Below, in pieces: positions 35,889 through 48,258 of a DNA stretch of 64,000 nucleotides. Where the stretch lies: the NCBI GenBank assembly GCA_964016885.1, contig OZ024740.1, forward strand, positions 412,796,001-412,860,000, in the 5' to 3' direction. Position 1 is the stretch's first letter. Each line of letters opens with the position of its first letter. The notes under the pieces were generated by a model. That model made no database searches, had not been told where the DNA came from, and saw nothing but the letters and a program-made list of their open reading frames with translations. The translations under genes and the position numbers were made by a program. The stretch is from Eledone cirrhosa (Eukaryota).

Positions 35889-38800
35889 GACGACCTACGT
35901 AGTAAATCGTATCATCGTGAGCTCCGCAAAGGTTTGTTATTTCCGTTTGTTAAAAATTGCCATTTATGGAAAAATTTATTGTTAACTGTATATAAGCGTA
36001 CATACATTGTTTTCCGAAAAGGACACCCAAAAAGATTAGGGCCTTGTGCCCAAAATTTTAACATTTATAATTATCAAAAAAAATTTCTTTGAAAAATTAC
36101 ATGAAAGTCTCACAGCCACACGAAGCTGACAGCCTTCCTCATAAACTAACACCTCATACCGACACCACCATTGTAAATATTACTACGTTTGCCAACACAA
36201 ACATTTAAGCTGTAGCAATATTTTAAATTTGTCTCAGGCAGATATTCATTTCCCGCTATTACCAATGACTGCAGGTGTTAAAGCCGCCGCTACCACCACC
36301 ACCACCACCACGACAACCCCCACCCCCACCACCACCGCGACAACAGAAACAAAAGAAGAAAAAAATAAATTAACTCGTGATGTCGAAATGAATTCAAGCA
36401 AAATGGACTCTTCCCCACCGAACACAACTGACGTCACCACCATCACAACTGAAACTAAAATTAATAATAACAAAAATAACGATATCAACAACAGCAACAA
36501 TGACATTAAAAAAACCACCCTGAGTTTTGCCAGAGTAGCAAAACAGTGCAAAGCATTTCAGGTAACTCAGGAGGAATTAGAAAATGCCAAAAAAATGGTA
36601 AAGAAGGATGGGTACAGGGTCACCCCCCCCCCCCCCCCACACACACACACACCTAATAAAATGGAGCATCGGCGCCTATGCACCGTGTCGTATCTAACAA
36701 TTAATGTAAAATTGCGGCGAGTGGAACGGGCATCCGAGTCCCAAATCCAAAAAGCTTTGGGACATGTGTGGGCAAGAAAAACCCATATCAGACGTGGGCA
36801 GAAGTATGCAAACGTGGACGTGTTCTTTGAAACACCAGAGGAGGCTAGAGAACACTCCATGGCCCCATTAAGAAGTGACGACTTCGCACTTGTCCCAAGC
36901 TATTGTTGCCAAAGACTCGTAAAGATCAGGGTGACCCACGTCCACCGGCCATCAAAATTCCCTGGCTAATAGCGGACGTCCTCGCCGGCATCGAAGCCAA
37001 CACAAAGATAATAGCAATAACAAAAGAAAAGCAAGAGAACTGGTCCGGATTTGGGATGGAGCTCCTGATCCAAGCGGACGAAAAAAGCATTGAGGAGATC
37101 CCAGAGGTAATAGACCTCACTCACGGCAGCCACCTCACCGTAATTGTCAAGGGCAGAAGGCCTAGGTGTGTCGTTTGTGGTGAAGGAACCCACCTAAGGG
37201 CTTTCTGTCCTCAGGCTAAAAGGTTGAGGCCACCTCTCTTAACCACCCCAGTGACTCAACCATCAACACCACCAGTAGCAGAGATGACAACAACAACTGT
37301 AGCAGCAACAACAGAAGCAACTATAACAGCAACATAGCAAAACCAACACTACCACCACCCAACGCTTCAGAACTAACACCAGCGCCTACACCATCCACCA
37401 CGCCACAACCAAAACTAACGCCTGTGGAGGATTTTCCACTCCCCGGTCTATCACAACTGGAGACAGATTGTGACGACGAGGAGTGGGAAACGGTATCAGG
37501 AAAAAAGAAAAAAAGAAACCGAAAAAGAAAAAATTCTCTTGCTTCCCCCTCCAAAAACAAAATACAGAGGGAAACAAATAAACTATCAAACAAAAAAGTT
37601 AGGACAGATATGCCACCATCCACACCAGCATCACCAACCCCATCACCACAAACACCAACTCCATCATTAACACCAACACCACCATCACCTACACCATAAA
37701 AGTCACCAAAAAGCGAAACAGAAACAAGCCCACAACAAACGCAAACAAAACAAAACAACCGAAGCCCTACACACTACACAGCATTAAATTTGAACAACAA
37801 CCAATTATTACACTACATGCAACACAACACCAGCATCACAGAAAAAGACTACACAACAACCCAAAAGTTCACACCACATCCGCTCATACAAATCACTCGC
37901 ATCACACAGAAAACGTACACGACACTAAAACAAAAATTCGCCAAAGACATCACAGACTTCCGACAAACACTCTACAGAAGGATTTATAAGGACATCCTTC
38001 CGGAGGAGGCCACAAACAGTGAAAAGGATGGACAAACCATCCTTCCTCTACGAGAAGTAAGGTAAGTGGTCTTTCCCATCTTTTCCACTCCATTTCAACA
38101 TGACCTCACTCAGAATAGGCAGCATACATGGGCGTGGCTTGGGGTCGTCATGGAAGACCTCAGATCACTAAACATAGATGTAGTGGACATCAGCGAGACC
38201 AGAATCTCCGAAGCACGGGCCTTCGCACCGATCTTCGGCGGCTACGATGTGTACGCATCTCCCAGCCGTCCTGGATCGGGGGGAGGAGTTGCTGTGCTTT
38301 TTCGGAGAGGTTTGGATCTCGAAATACGGGCCATCTTCCTGGACCCAGAAGGTAAGTTGGTGGTGCTAGACGTGACCAGCGGAGACGGGCAAGCTTTCAG
38401 GCTAGTGGCCGTCTATGCCCCGATGGGAGCAGGGCGGCCTGATTTCTTCCGGCGTCTGGAGACCTTTCTTGGAACGTCCCGCTCTTTAGTGTTAGTGGGC
38501 AACTGGAACGGAATCTTAGATGCACGCTGGGACTGTGTGGGATTAGCGGATAGGGGAGGAGGGTGCAAGAGCCTCACCAACCTGCTCAGGCGTTTTGAAC
38601 TGTCTGACAGGTACCGATTGGATTTCCCGAATGTGCCAATGTGGACTTGGACAAATCGTATAGGGTCATCCAGATCATATCTAGATAGAGTATTTTGTAG
38701 AGAAATAGATAGGCCTAGCATAGGCTGTCCACAATTCAAGATAGTCAGCTACACGGACCACAAATTCGTGATCTGTGTACTTGACTTAGATAGGCTTCAT

Positions 38801-41742
38801 AGACGAGGACACGGCTACTGGAAGCTAAACGCGTCCTTAGCAGCGCGCAAGGCCTACAGAGACCGGATTAGCGAACAAGTTAAGCGTGCGTTGGCGGGGG
38901 GCATCGTCAACAACAAGTCGTGGTTTTCTCTGAAAAGAGCAATTAGGATAGAGTCCATTAGGTTTAGTAAGGCTTTAGCAATAGAGAAAAATAGAGGAGA
39001 GGGAGAATTAGTTAGAAAATTAGACGAGGCGCTTAGCAAAGGCATCGCGACCGACGTGCTTGCGGCGAAATTGGCCCTTGACCAATTCTTCAATGCAAAG
39101 CACGAAGGCTGCGTTGTCAGAGCTAGGGTGCGTGCTCTCAGACACGAGGGGACGAAAGCCGTTCAGTGGGCCCGAGTGGCGGAGGCGCATCGTAGCAACA
39201 AAGCCACGATCCGGTCTTTGGTGGACCACGACGGGCGCATGCTACTCGATCCCGGGCAAATGTGTGAAGGTTTTCAGCGACACTTCGCTCTGTTGTTCGG
39301 GGGAAGCGGCGGGCCGGATCGAGGGATGAACTTTAGTGTCTACCTCGACGGCCTGCCGCGGCTCTCAGCCACTGAGGCGGAGTGTTGCGAAAAGCCGATA
39401 ACAGCCGCTGAAGTAAGGGACAATGACTAGCTGCACAAGGGGTAAATCGCCTGGTTTGGAATGTCTGCCCTATAAACTTTACGTTCAGATGCCAGACTAG
39501 TTCGGAGGCCTCTTGGCGGCCGTCTACTGCAACTGGCAACAGAACGGGAGAATTCCCAGCTCTGTAGCCGAGGAGCTGTGGCGCTGCTGAGAAAGGATCC
39601 GAACAAGGGGGATAACATAGATAAGTTTAGGCCCATTACTCTGCTAAACACAGAGTTCAAGATTTTGGCCAAGGTTCTAGCAAAGAGGTTGACGCTTGTC
39701 GTTGGTGGTCTGTTGGCAGAGGCGCAGACATGCGCCATTCCCGACAGATCCATCCACGACAACCTCCACCTCATGCGATACATCGTAGAGAGGGTAGCTA
39801 GGAAACCTGGCACGGGTGGGTCCTTGATCAATTTAGATCAGTCGAAAGCTTTCGATAGGGTCGACCATCGTTACCTAGCGGCAGTCCTGAGGGCGGCTGG
39901 CTTTGGGCCCATCTTCAGAGGCTAGATCGCTGCCATGCACAGCGACATCTGCTCTGTCGTGTGAGTAAACGGTCACCTTTCGGAACCGTTCAACATCAGC
40001 CGCTCGGTCCGCCAAGGATGTCCCCTCTCGTCCCTCTTGTACGTATTGACTCTCGAGGCATTACTGCACAAACTGGAGACGTTGAGGGGGTTCGCGCGCG
40101 AACTAGGATGCGGAAGATCCGTGTCAGTATATGCGGACGATGTCACCGTAGTGGTGTCGAACGCCAAACACATCGAGGCGATCGGAACTACACTAAGAGA
40201 ATACGAAACGGTGACAGGAGCATTGATCAACCAGGAAAAGTCAATGGGCCTGCAGCTCGGCACCTGGAGAGGCAGGTCCATGCCGTCCAACAGCGTCATC
40301 GGGCGCTGGACGGACGGACCAGTTAAATTGCTCGGGGTCTGGTTCGGTCCGGATCTCCAGACGGACAAAAACTGGGACGAGGTGACGAGCAGGGTGGCTT
40401 CTCTCACCCAGAAATGGGCCGAGAGGAAGCTATCCCTGAAAGGTCGAGCGGAGGTGGCTAACGCGTATATCGCGTACGTCATCTACTACCGCCTGACCGT
40501 CGTACCTTGCCCTAAGCCCCACCTGACTGCGCTGGAGCGTTTGCTCTTTCACTTTTTGTGGAAGGGACGCGTTCCGATGGTCAGGCGGTCCATCTGCTGT
40601 CAACACCCGCTACGTGGAGGGCTGGGAATGCCGTGGCTGATGATGTGCAGACACGCGCTCAGGCTACGACATCTCCACCTCTTCCTCGACGGTGATCAGG
40701 TGTGGTCTCCGTTTGCTAGACACGTCTTTCCCCAGCTCGTCTCCTTGACGGAGCTGCAGTCCTGGGTCAAGCGAAGACCGACAGGGAACGTTTGGAGACT
40801 GGAATGTCTTCAGACGCTCACAGCCCTCGACCAATCGGGCATTGTGATCGGTGGAAACACGGCCTTGGCGTTCTATAGAGGATTAGTGGAGGGGAAGAGC
40901 GACGACTTACTTGGGGAAAATCTAGGCGTCGACGAAAATCAACTAGCCAATCTCTTCGGAAGAACTTTCGGGCCGGGGCCTATGGACAACTTCCAGAAAT
41001 CTCTGGCCTGGCAGTGCTACCGAGGAGCCTTGCAAGTTCGGGATAAACTCTACAGGCATGAAGGTGCCGTCAGCCGGGCATGTCCGAGATGCGCGCAGGG
41101 CGACGAAACCGTCCTACACGCACTCGACCAGTGTCCGAGCATTGACATGACTTGTGTGTTTATGTCAAACACCTGCTGTCGCGGGTAGGACGGATCCAGC
41201 TATCAGCTGTGTCCATCGTTAGAATCGCCCCGCCCTCTTCCTTTAGCCGGGAAGGGCAGGCAGTTTTTATCTGTCTGGTGGCCATGGCGAAAGAGATAGT
41301 ATGGTGGACACGTTTGAAAGGGCTAAAGATTAGCATTTACCTCTTCGGTGATGCCCTGATTAACCTTTTCAAATTTCATTTGAAAAGGAAAATCAGGGCA
41401 GAGAGGGAAGTGGTCTCTTCTCAGCATTTTGTTGAAAGATGGGTGAGTGAAGCAAGTGTGGCCCGAGTGAATGGACCTACTCTGAGTATGTGTCTGTAAA
41501 TTAAAGATGGAAAACTGGGAGAGAGCACTTGCCCTGGTGGTCAGGGTCACTGTGGTCTTTTAATGGGCTTTCTCCACAAATGTCCCTCGGAAGTCTCACC
41601 CCCTATTGGGGAATTTTTCTTTGTTATTTTATTACATCCTCTGTTTTTTTTACACGCAGAAATGCCCATTTGTACCGTCCTGTATTGTCCTGTACTGTCC
41701 TTAATGTCTACTTTATCTAAACCCTTGTGGTTAATAAAGAAA

Positions 41743-41744
<2 letters not shown>
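35889..41744 (+). mobile_element. Tx1 element 5: 5'UTR/ORF1 type D on a family A junction, ORF2 and 3'UTR
   Basis: ORF1 remnants ~36101-38065 (CVVCGEGTHLRAFC); ORF2 38100-41499 with YADD; (ATT)n on both sides. Confidence 0.92.
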
Positions 41745-41774
<30 letters not shown>

Positions 41775-41780
41775 GTTGTT

Positions 41781-42075
41781 GTTCTTTGAGTCTCAGTCAT
41801 TGATGTTAGTTAACTGGAAAGTTTGTTGAAATGAATATCAAGCCACTACCTGCAGTTTCAAATATTCAGGACGTATCGGAGGGTTCTTGCTGTTTCCAGC
41901 AAGCATGCCTTTTAAAGTGTTCCAAAAAGCGGGGTAGGCCAATTTTCTTTAACCATCCCTGAAAACCTTTTGAGATAGTGCATAGTGCGCCTATGACAAT
42001 CGGGACCACTTTGACTTCATGGCAGTTCCAAATCCTTTTTACCTCCCTCTTTAAGTCCTGGTATCGGTTAATTTT
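41781..42075 (-). mobile_element. R4/Dong LINE 3' fragment
   Basis: Reverse complement of the ORF end and 3'UTR at ~51860-52155; ATT tracts on both sides. Confidence 0.9.
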
Positions 42076-45000
42076 TTATTATTTTTTTTATTATTATTAT
42101 TATTATTGTTATTATTAAACAATGATATTTATGACCTTAGTTAATCAGTAATTTTTAAAACTATTTAAGAGACGGTGGAATTATATAGTAAATTTCCTAG
42201 ATTTCTAAGTAAAATACTTTAAATATAGCCTGAAACAAAATATAGACTTTATAGCAATAATGAATAGTTATGAGTTGAATTTGCTACCCCATTGATCTTA
42301 ATGGCCATTATCATATAAAAACTTAATTATAACAAGGACAGATATATGTGGCGAAATGTATCTAATTAAGGAACGTAAAGTAAAAGACTTCTTTGATGTG
42401 TTACCCAATATTTTATATACGCAGATATACTCGTGAACACTTGAGAAGTAGATTGATAATCAGTTTATCACAGACATATCATGCCATGGTATATATTTGG
42501 AAAACGGCCAACATTTTTAAGAGAATGTTCAGATAATATCGCCTATCAGTGAGAATCGAATCATCAAAGAAATGAAAGACTGTGTGTCCCTCGATGTATG
42601 TTTTCGTTTAAAGTAGGTTAATACATGCTTCCATAGTCTGATTTGTCTTATGTTTATTAACAAACGTAACTGCGTATAAAATTCATATATTTAAAAGAGT
42701 GAAATTTTACTTAATCATTTAACTAACATAGCTATTACAAGATATAAAATAAATTCTAACAATTGCCGACAACTATAAGAGGCATGACTTTCTTTAACGT
42801 CATCATAAATGATATAGCCATAACTCTTGGTTAAAGTATGTAACATCTCTTCTTGTATTCAACATTTTACGGTTGTCATTCACAATATATTTTAAAATTC
42901 TAATAAGAATTTCTTCTTTGATCAAATTCACTTAAGAATTATTTTAACTCAATACGTAAAAGAATCTGTAATTCTCAGGGGTTCCACACCATCATAGTAT
43001 ATTGAAGTTATTTATAGTGCAGTCAGTGCCAGTATCGGAAATGTGGTAACGTCTTTTATTTAGAAGTTTCCACTGAGGTTTGTAAGTAAATGAAAAGAAA
43101 TGGCACGTTAATGCATGCATGTAGAAGGGATGCTATGCCTATAGGTGAAGCAATCTGAACGTATTGCTAAACTATGTAAATAGAAATCATTTTAATCACA
43201 TATTTCATATTATCAGTTTTCATAATTTTACAGACAAATAAGATAACATCCTGCTCTTAAATGTTTTAAATTAAAGATGCAAAGAGTTGAAACCCTTTAA
43301 TCTATTTGATCCAGCTTGGTGAACTAATGTTTCTGGGTTACGTGAAACATTACATAGTGAATCACAGTTACTTGTTGCATTCTCTATATCATTGTTTTGC
43401 AATCGATATTACCTTTTCCTCTAAATATATGATCAATTAGCTAGGCAATGGATTCAAACTCAATGATGCGCCCTGCAATCGATTCTACAAGTCATTATTT
43501 ATAATATATATGTATTCACCCAATTACTGAGTCGCAATACTTGACTCATCTTTCAAGGAATCTATATCTGCAGCAATCAAATTTAAGCATTCTACAATAT
43601 TAAAACAAAACGTATTGGATTTATTGTCTAATTATAACACATATACTTCTGTTCAAATGAACATGTTGTTTTCTATATTGGATATGTGTATCCCTACTGT
43701 CTCATAAACGTGTTACTTAGGTTTGTCTATATTTCTTAGTATCTTTTATGTCTCTCTATGAATGCCGGATAATAATATTAGCTTAAAACACTTCGGATTT
43801 AGCCTGAACCAAATACTGAAAATCATCATCATCGTTATAAACACCCAAGAGCAGCTTCGTCAGAACACCCCAGTATGATATCACCTCATTGCATGGACGC
43901 AGCATTCTCTGAATAAGTAAGCCACAAAACACAGATGTCATAAGTGTGGCAACTCTCTCCATCGCCAAATCACACCAACCATCTATCGACACATAAGTGT
44001 CGACTGATCGAGTAGCCAAATATATGGGTTTTATAAACTACTGATAGACGAACAAATGCTCGTTGTTTAATTTAGGTATTTAAGGAGAAATATTCAATAT
44101 TGGGACAGATATAAAGCTTTGATTTTAAGGTAGTGTATAAACAACAGATTAATTGGTCATTCTTGTAAAATTCAAAGCTCAAATTTCCTGAACAATAGAA
44201 CTTTGTTTGTTATATACTTTTTAGACAATGATTCAATTGAACAGTCAGAATTTCATTGAATGTTAATGTGACTGATAACTATACGGTTGATTTGATATGA
44301 AAGTGACAAAAACAAATCGTATATTACATTTTACAATAAAAGCTATACTTAAACAATGAAAGCAAAATCTGGCTTTGTAGATTTGAATGTGCGATAATTA
44401 AGAAGATGACTAAATAGCACAAGTTACTTAGCCCCTCTGCAGTCGTCTGCACTACGTTATTCGTCTTTCTTGAAGTCTTGTTCTGTTACTAATCAGCAAA
44501 TGAATCAGATTGGTTTGTGGCGCAAAGGGAATATATCTTTCTTAGTATTTTGAGAGATTTAGCATTGTTTGGGAGGAAGTTTTTGTTAGTAAAGACACAT
44601 TAAGTTGTCATTGGTTATGTTTTGCTGAGATAAAATATTCCACTCTATGGTGTGTGTTATATATATAACATAGCAATGTGTATTATTTGCTGTATATATT
44701 ATATTCTCCATGTCGGAATCTGGTGCTGTACTGTATCGAATTATTCTAAGAGAAGAAAAAACGAAAATTAAACTATTATGGTACACCCTGATATCTGCCT
44801 CAGCTCATCACTTCAATACTTGACATTGTCTGTTTTCCTTGAATATAGGTTTTGAGACGTTTTTCATCAGGTGGTAAATTTATAGGAATGTTTTAAAGGA
44901 AATTCCAAGAATCTCAGTGTATCATTAATATTCATTTCTGGGAGGAAAGCGGTAAAGATTGAACCGTCGTAATTGGAACTCTGAAGCATTTATTCAGAAT

Positions 45001-45544
45001 TTATATCACTCATTGCAGTTAAATATTAAAATTCAGACAATGCATCTAGAATTAATGGAATATGAAAAGGGACCCATATTCGTGAGAAAAGAAGAGAATC
45101 GTAATCCATCCGATAAAACAGTATTAATGAATATGAAAACAAATGCCAAACTGAAAGTAGACATTAAACCAAGGAAAATGCAGTTTAATCAAGTTAGTTA
45201 TATTGTCTTCTGAAACAACGAACACTATTTCTTCTCAATTGCAGCCATGGTAAAATCCAAAAAGAAATTAGATTAAAACAAATGTAATAAAAGTTATGTA
45301 AATCACAATGAAAGAAAGGGATGAAATTTAGATGTTTAAAAAACTTCTCGATGAGAATAAAACGTATTTGATATTTTAGATCGAAGACGTAAAAAATGAT
45401 AATACCAGGAATGTATTTGCTGCAAAGATCCTAATTTGTTTTGACACAAATAACTGATGGAAACTACGATGCGTAAAGTTATTACACACAACAGTTACTT
45501 TTGAACAATCAGTGTATGATAGTGCATGTAAATAGCAAAAATGT

Positions 45545-45577
45545 ATTATTATTATCAGCACCATCATCGTTATTAAT

Positions 45578-45638
<61 letters not shown>

Positions 45639-45751
45639 CCATCATTATTGTTATTATTATAATTATTATTATTGTTGTAGTTGTTGTTGTTGTTCTTCTT
45701 CTTCTTCTTCTTCTTGCTGATGTCAATAATGATAATAATAATAATAATAAT
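45545..45751. repeat. Compound trinucleotide microsatellite (ATT)(CAT)n(ATT)(GTT)(CTT)(AAT)
   Basis: Direct reading. Confidence 0.9.
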
Positions 45752-46668
45752 GATTTCTTTATTAACCACAAGGGTTTACACAAAGTAGACATTAAGCACA
45801 GTACAGGACAATACAGGACGGTACAAAAGGGCATTTCTGCGTGTAAAAAAACAAAAAAAACGGAGGATGTCATAATAAAACAATGAAAAAATTCCCCAAT
45901 AGGGGGGAGACTTCCGAGGGCCATCGTGGAGAAAGCCCATTAAAAAGCCACAGTGACCCTGAACACCAGGGCAAGTGTCCTCTCCCAGTTTTCCACCTTC
46001 AATTTACAGACACATACTCAGAGTAGGTCCACTCACTCGGGCCCGTCTTGCCTCTCTCACCCATCTTTCAACAAAAAGTTGGGAAGAGAGCACCTCCCTC
46101 TCTACCATGATTTTCGTTTTCAAATGAAATTGGAAAAAGTTAATCAGGGCATCACCGAAGAGGTAAGTGCTCGTCTTCAGCCCTTTCAGACGTGTCCACC
46201 ATACTATCTCCTTCGCCATGGCCACCAGACAGATAAAAACTGCCTGCCCTTCCCGGCTAAAGGAAGGGGGTGGGGCAATCCCCACGATGGACTCAGCTGA
46301 TAGTCGGATCCGTTCTACACGCCACAGCAGGTGTTCGACATAAACCCACAAGTCAGCAATGCTCGGACACTGGACGTGTGCATGCAGGACGGTTTCATCG
46401 CCATGCGCGCATCTCGGACATGCCCGGCTGACGGCACCTCCATGCCTGTAGAGTTTATCCCAAACTGGCAAAGCTCCTCGGTAGCACTGCCAGGCCAGGG
46501 ATTTCTGGAAGTTGTCCATAGGCCCCGGCCCGAAAGTTCCTCCAAAGAGATTGGCTACTTGATGTTCGTCGACGCCTAGAGTTTCCCAAGTATGTCATCG
46601 CTCTTGCCCTCCACTAATCCTCTATAGAACGCCAAGGTGGAGTTTCCACCGATCACATTGTCCGATTG
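45752..46668 (-). mobile_element. 5'-truncated Tx1 family A copy (C-terminal zinc finger + 3'UTR)
   Basis: ORF 46004-46519 MDNFQKSLAWQCYRGALPV..CPRC..H..C; family A 3'UTR; AAT tracts on both sides. Confidence 0.92.
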
Positions 46669-46700
46669 TTAATAATAATAATAATAATAATAATATTAAT

Positions 46701-47157
46701 GATTTCTTTATTGGCCCCAAGGGCTGACATCAAGAAAAACATTACAGACGGCACAGGACGCTACAGGACGGTACGATGTGGGTTTTGTGCGTGTAAATAT
46801 TTTTATTATTTATATAAGAAAAGAAAAAAAAGACATAGAAACATATATATATATAAACAATAAAAATGAAAATTGAAACAATGAAAAATTCCCCAATAGG
46901 GGGAAACCTCCGAGGGTTACTCGTGGCGAAAACCACACAAAAGCCCACCGACCTTTCCTAGTTTATCTTTGCTCGTGTCACCGCTTCGTATTCCTTGAGA
47001 GCGGTGCCGAGCATCTGGACGTGTCTGGAGCTCGACACAAAGATGGTGACGTCGTCAGCGAAAGCCGACTCGGATTTCCCGCATCCTAGTTCGCATGGGA
47101 CGCCCCTCATCGCCACCAGTTTGTGCAGTAACGGCTCGAGAGCCAATACGTACATGG
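46701..47157 (-). mobile_element. Internally deleted Tx1 of another family (E): RT 'FADD' segment joined to a 3'UTR
   Basis: YVLALEPLLHKL..SAFADDVT..EYEAVTRAKIN*, followed directly by a 3'UTR with CCCCCTATTGGGGAATTTTTC and CCCTTGGGGCCAATAAAGAAATCATT. Confidence 0.8.
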
Positions 47158-47184
47158 GAACATGGTCAACCATTTTTGTGGATG

Positions 47185-47340
47185 GGAAAGTAGATTTAAT
47201 CGACCTCAGTGCGTGACAGGTACTTTATTTTATCAACCCCGTAAGGATGATAAAATAAATTACCAGTCTCGCACTGGGGTCGATTAAATCGACTTTCCCC
47301 TCCCCCAAAATGGGTGGCCTTGTGCCTATATAAGAAACCA
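47185..47340 (+). mobile_element. SINE 3' half preceded by an inverted copy of itself
   Basis: GGGAAAGTAGATTTAATCGACC..TTTATTTTATC versus GATAAAATAAA..GGTCGATTAAATCGACTTTCCC; ends GGCCTTGTGCCTATATAAGAAACC(ATT)n. Confidence 0.8.
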
Positions 47341-47357
47341 TTATTATTATTATTATT

Positions 47358-47961
47358 GTTCTTTGAGTCTCAGTCATTGATGTTAGTTAACTGGAAAGTT
47401 TGTTGAAATGAATATCAAGCCACTACCTGCAGCCTCAGATATTCAGGACGTATCAGAGGGTTCTTGCTGTTCCCAGCAAGCATGCCTTTTGAAGTATTCC
47501 AAAAAGCGTGAAGGAGCCAATTTTCTTTAACCATCCCTGGAAACCTTTTGAGATAGTCCCTAGTGCGCCTATGACAATCGGGATCACTTTAATTTCATGG
47601 CAGTTCCAAATCCTTTTTACCTCCCACTTTATGTCCTGGTATCGGTTAATTTTCTCCCTCTCCTTCTCTTGCACTCTCGTGTCGAATGGGCAGGCCACAT
47701 CCACAATCGGGCACGATCTTTTTTCTTTGTCCACAACCACCAGGTCAGGTCTATTGTGTTCCAGTTTCTTGTCCGTCTGTATCCTAAAATCCCACAGGAC
47801 CTTCACCTGATCGTTTCTATCACCGACTCTGGCTTATGCTCATACCACTTCTCAGAATGTGGTAAATTGTTTACTTTGCATAGGTGCGAGTGGATGACCC
47901 TGCCCATCACATCATGTCTCCAGCCCTTATCGTGAGTCTGGGCTAGGTGTTTACACTCGGA
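47358..47961 (-). mobile_element. R4/Dong LINE 3' fragment (RLE domain + 3'UTR)
   Basis: WRHD, LWDFRIQTD..NRPDLVVVDK..VDVACPFD..KINRYQD. Confidence 0.92.
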
Positions 47962-48072
47962 TTTATTATTATTATTATTATTATTAATATTATTATTATC
48001 AACAACAACAACAGCAACAACAGCAACAACAACAAAAACAATAATTATAATAACAATAATAATAATAATAAT

Positions 48073-48210
48073 AATTGTTTCTACTTTTGGCACAAGGCCA
48101 GCAATTATCCAGTACATTACTGGTACTTTATTTTATCGACCTCGTATTGATCCCGATCGGATTTGAACTCAAACCGTAAAGAGATGTAATTATGCTAGAA
48201 AGCATGGCGT
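48073..48210 (-). mobile_element. 5'-truncated SINE with long target-site duplication
   Basis: Matches the SINE at 118-292; AAAAACAATAATTATAATAAC(AAT)n occurs at both 48034 and 48211. Confidence 0.8.
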
Positions 48211-48258
48211 AAAAACAATAATTATAATAACAATAATAATAATAATAATAATAATAAT

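Noticed and set aside
42120-45540. Host gene exons in the AT-rich unique block
   Set aside because: A few exon-like minus-strand stretches (~43250-43600, ~45400-45520) contain stops or lack proper acceptors; nothing identifiable without a search.
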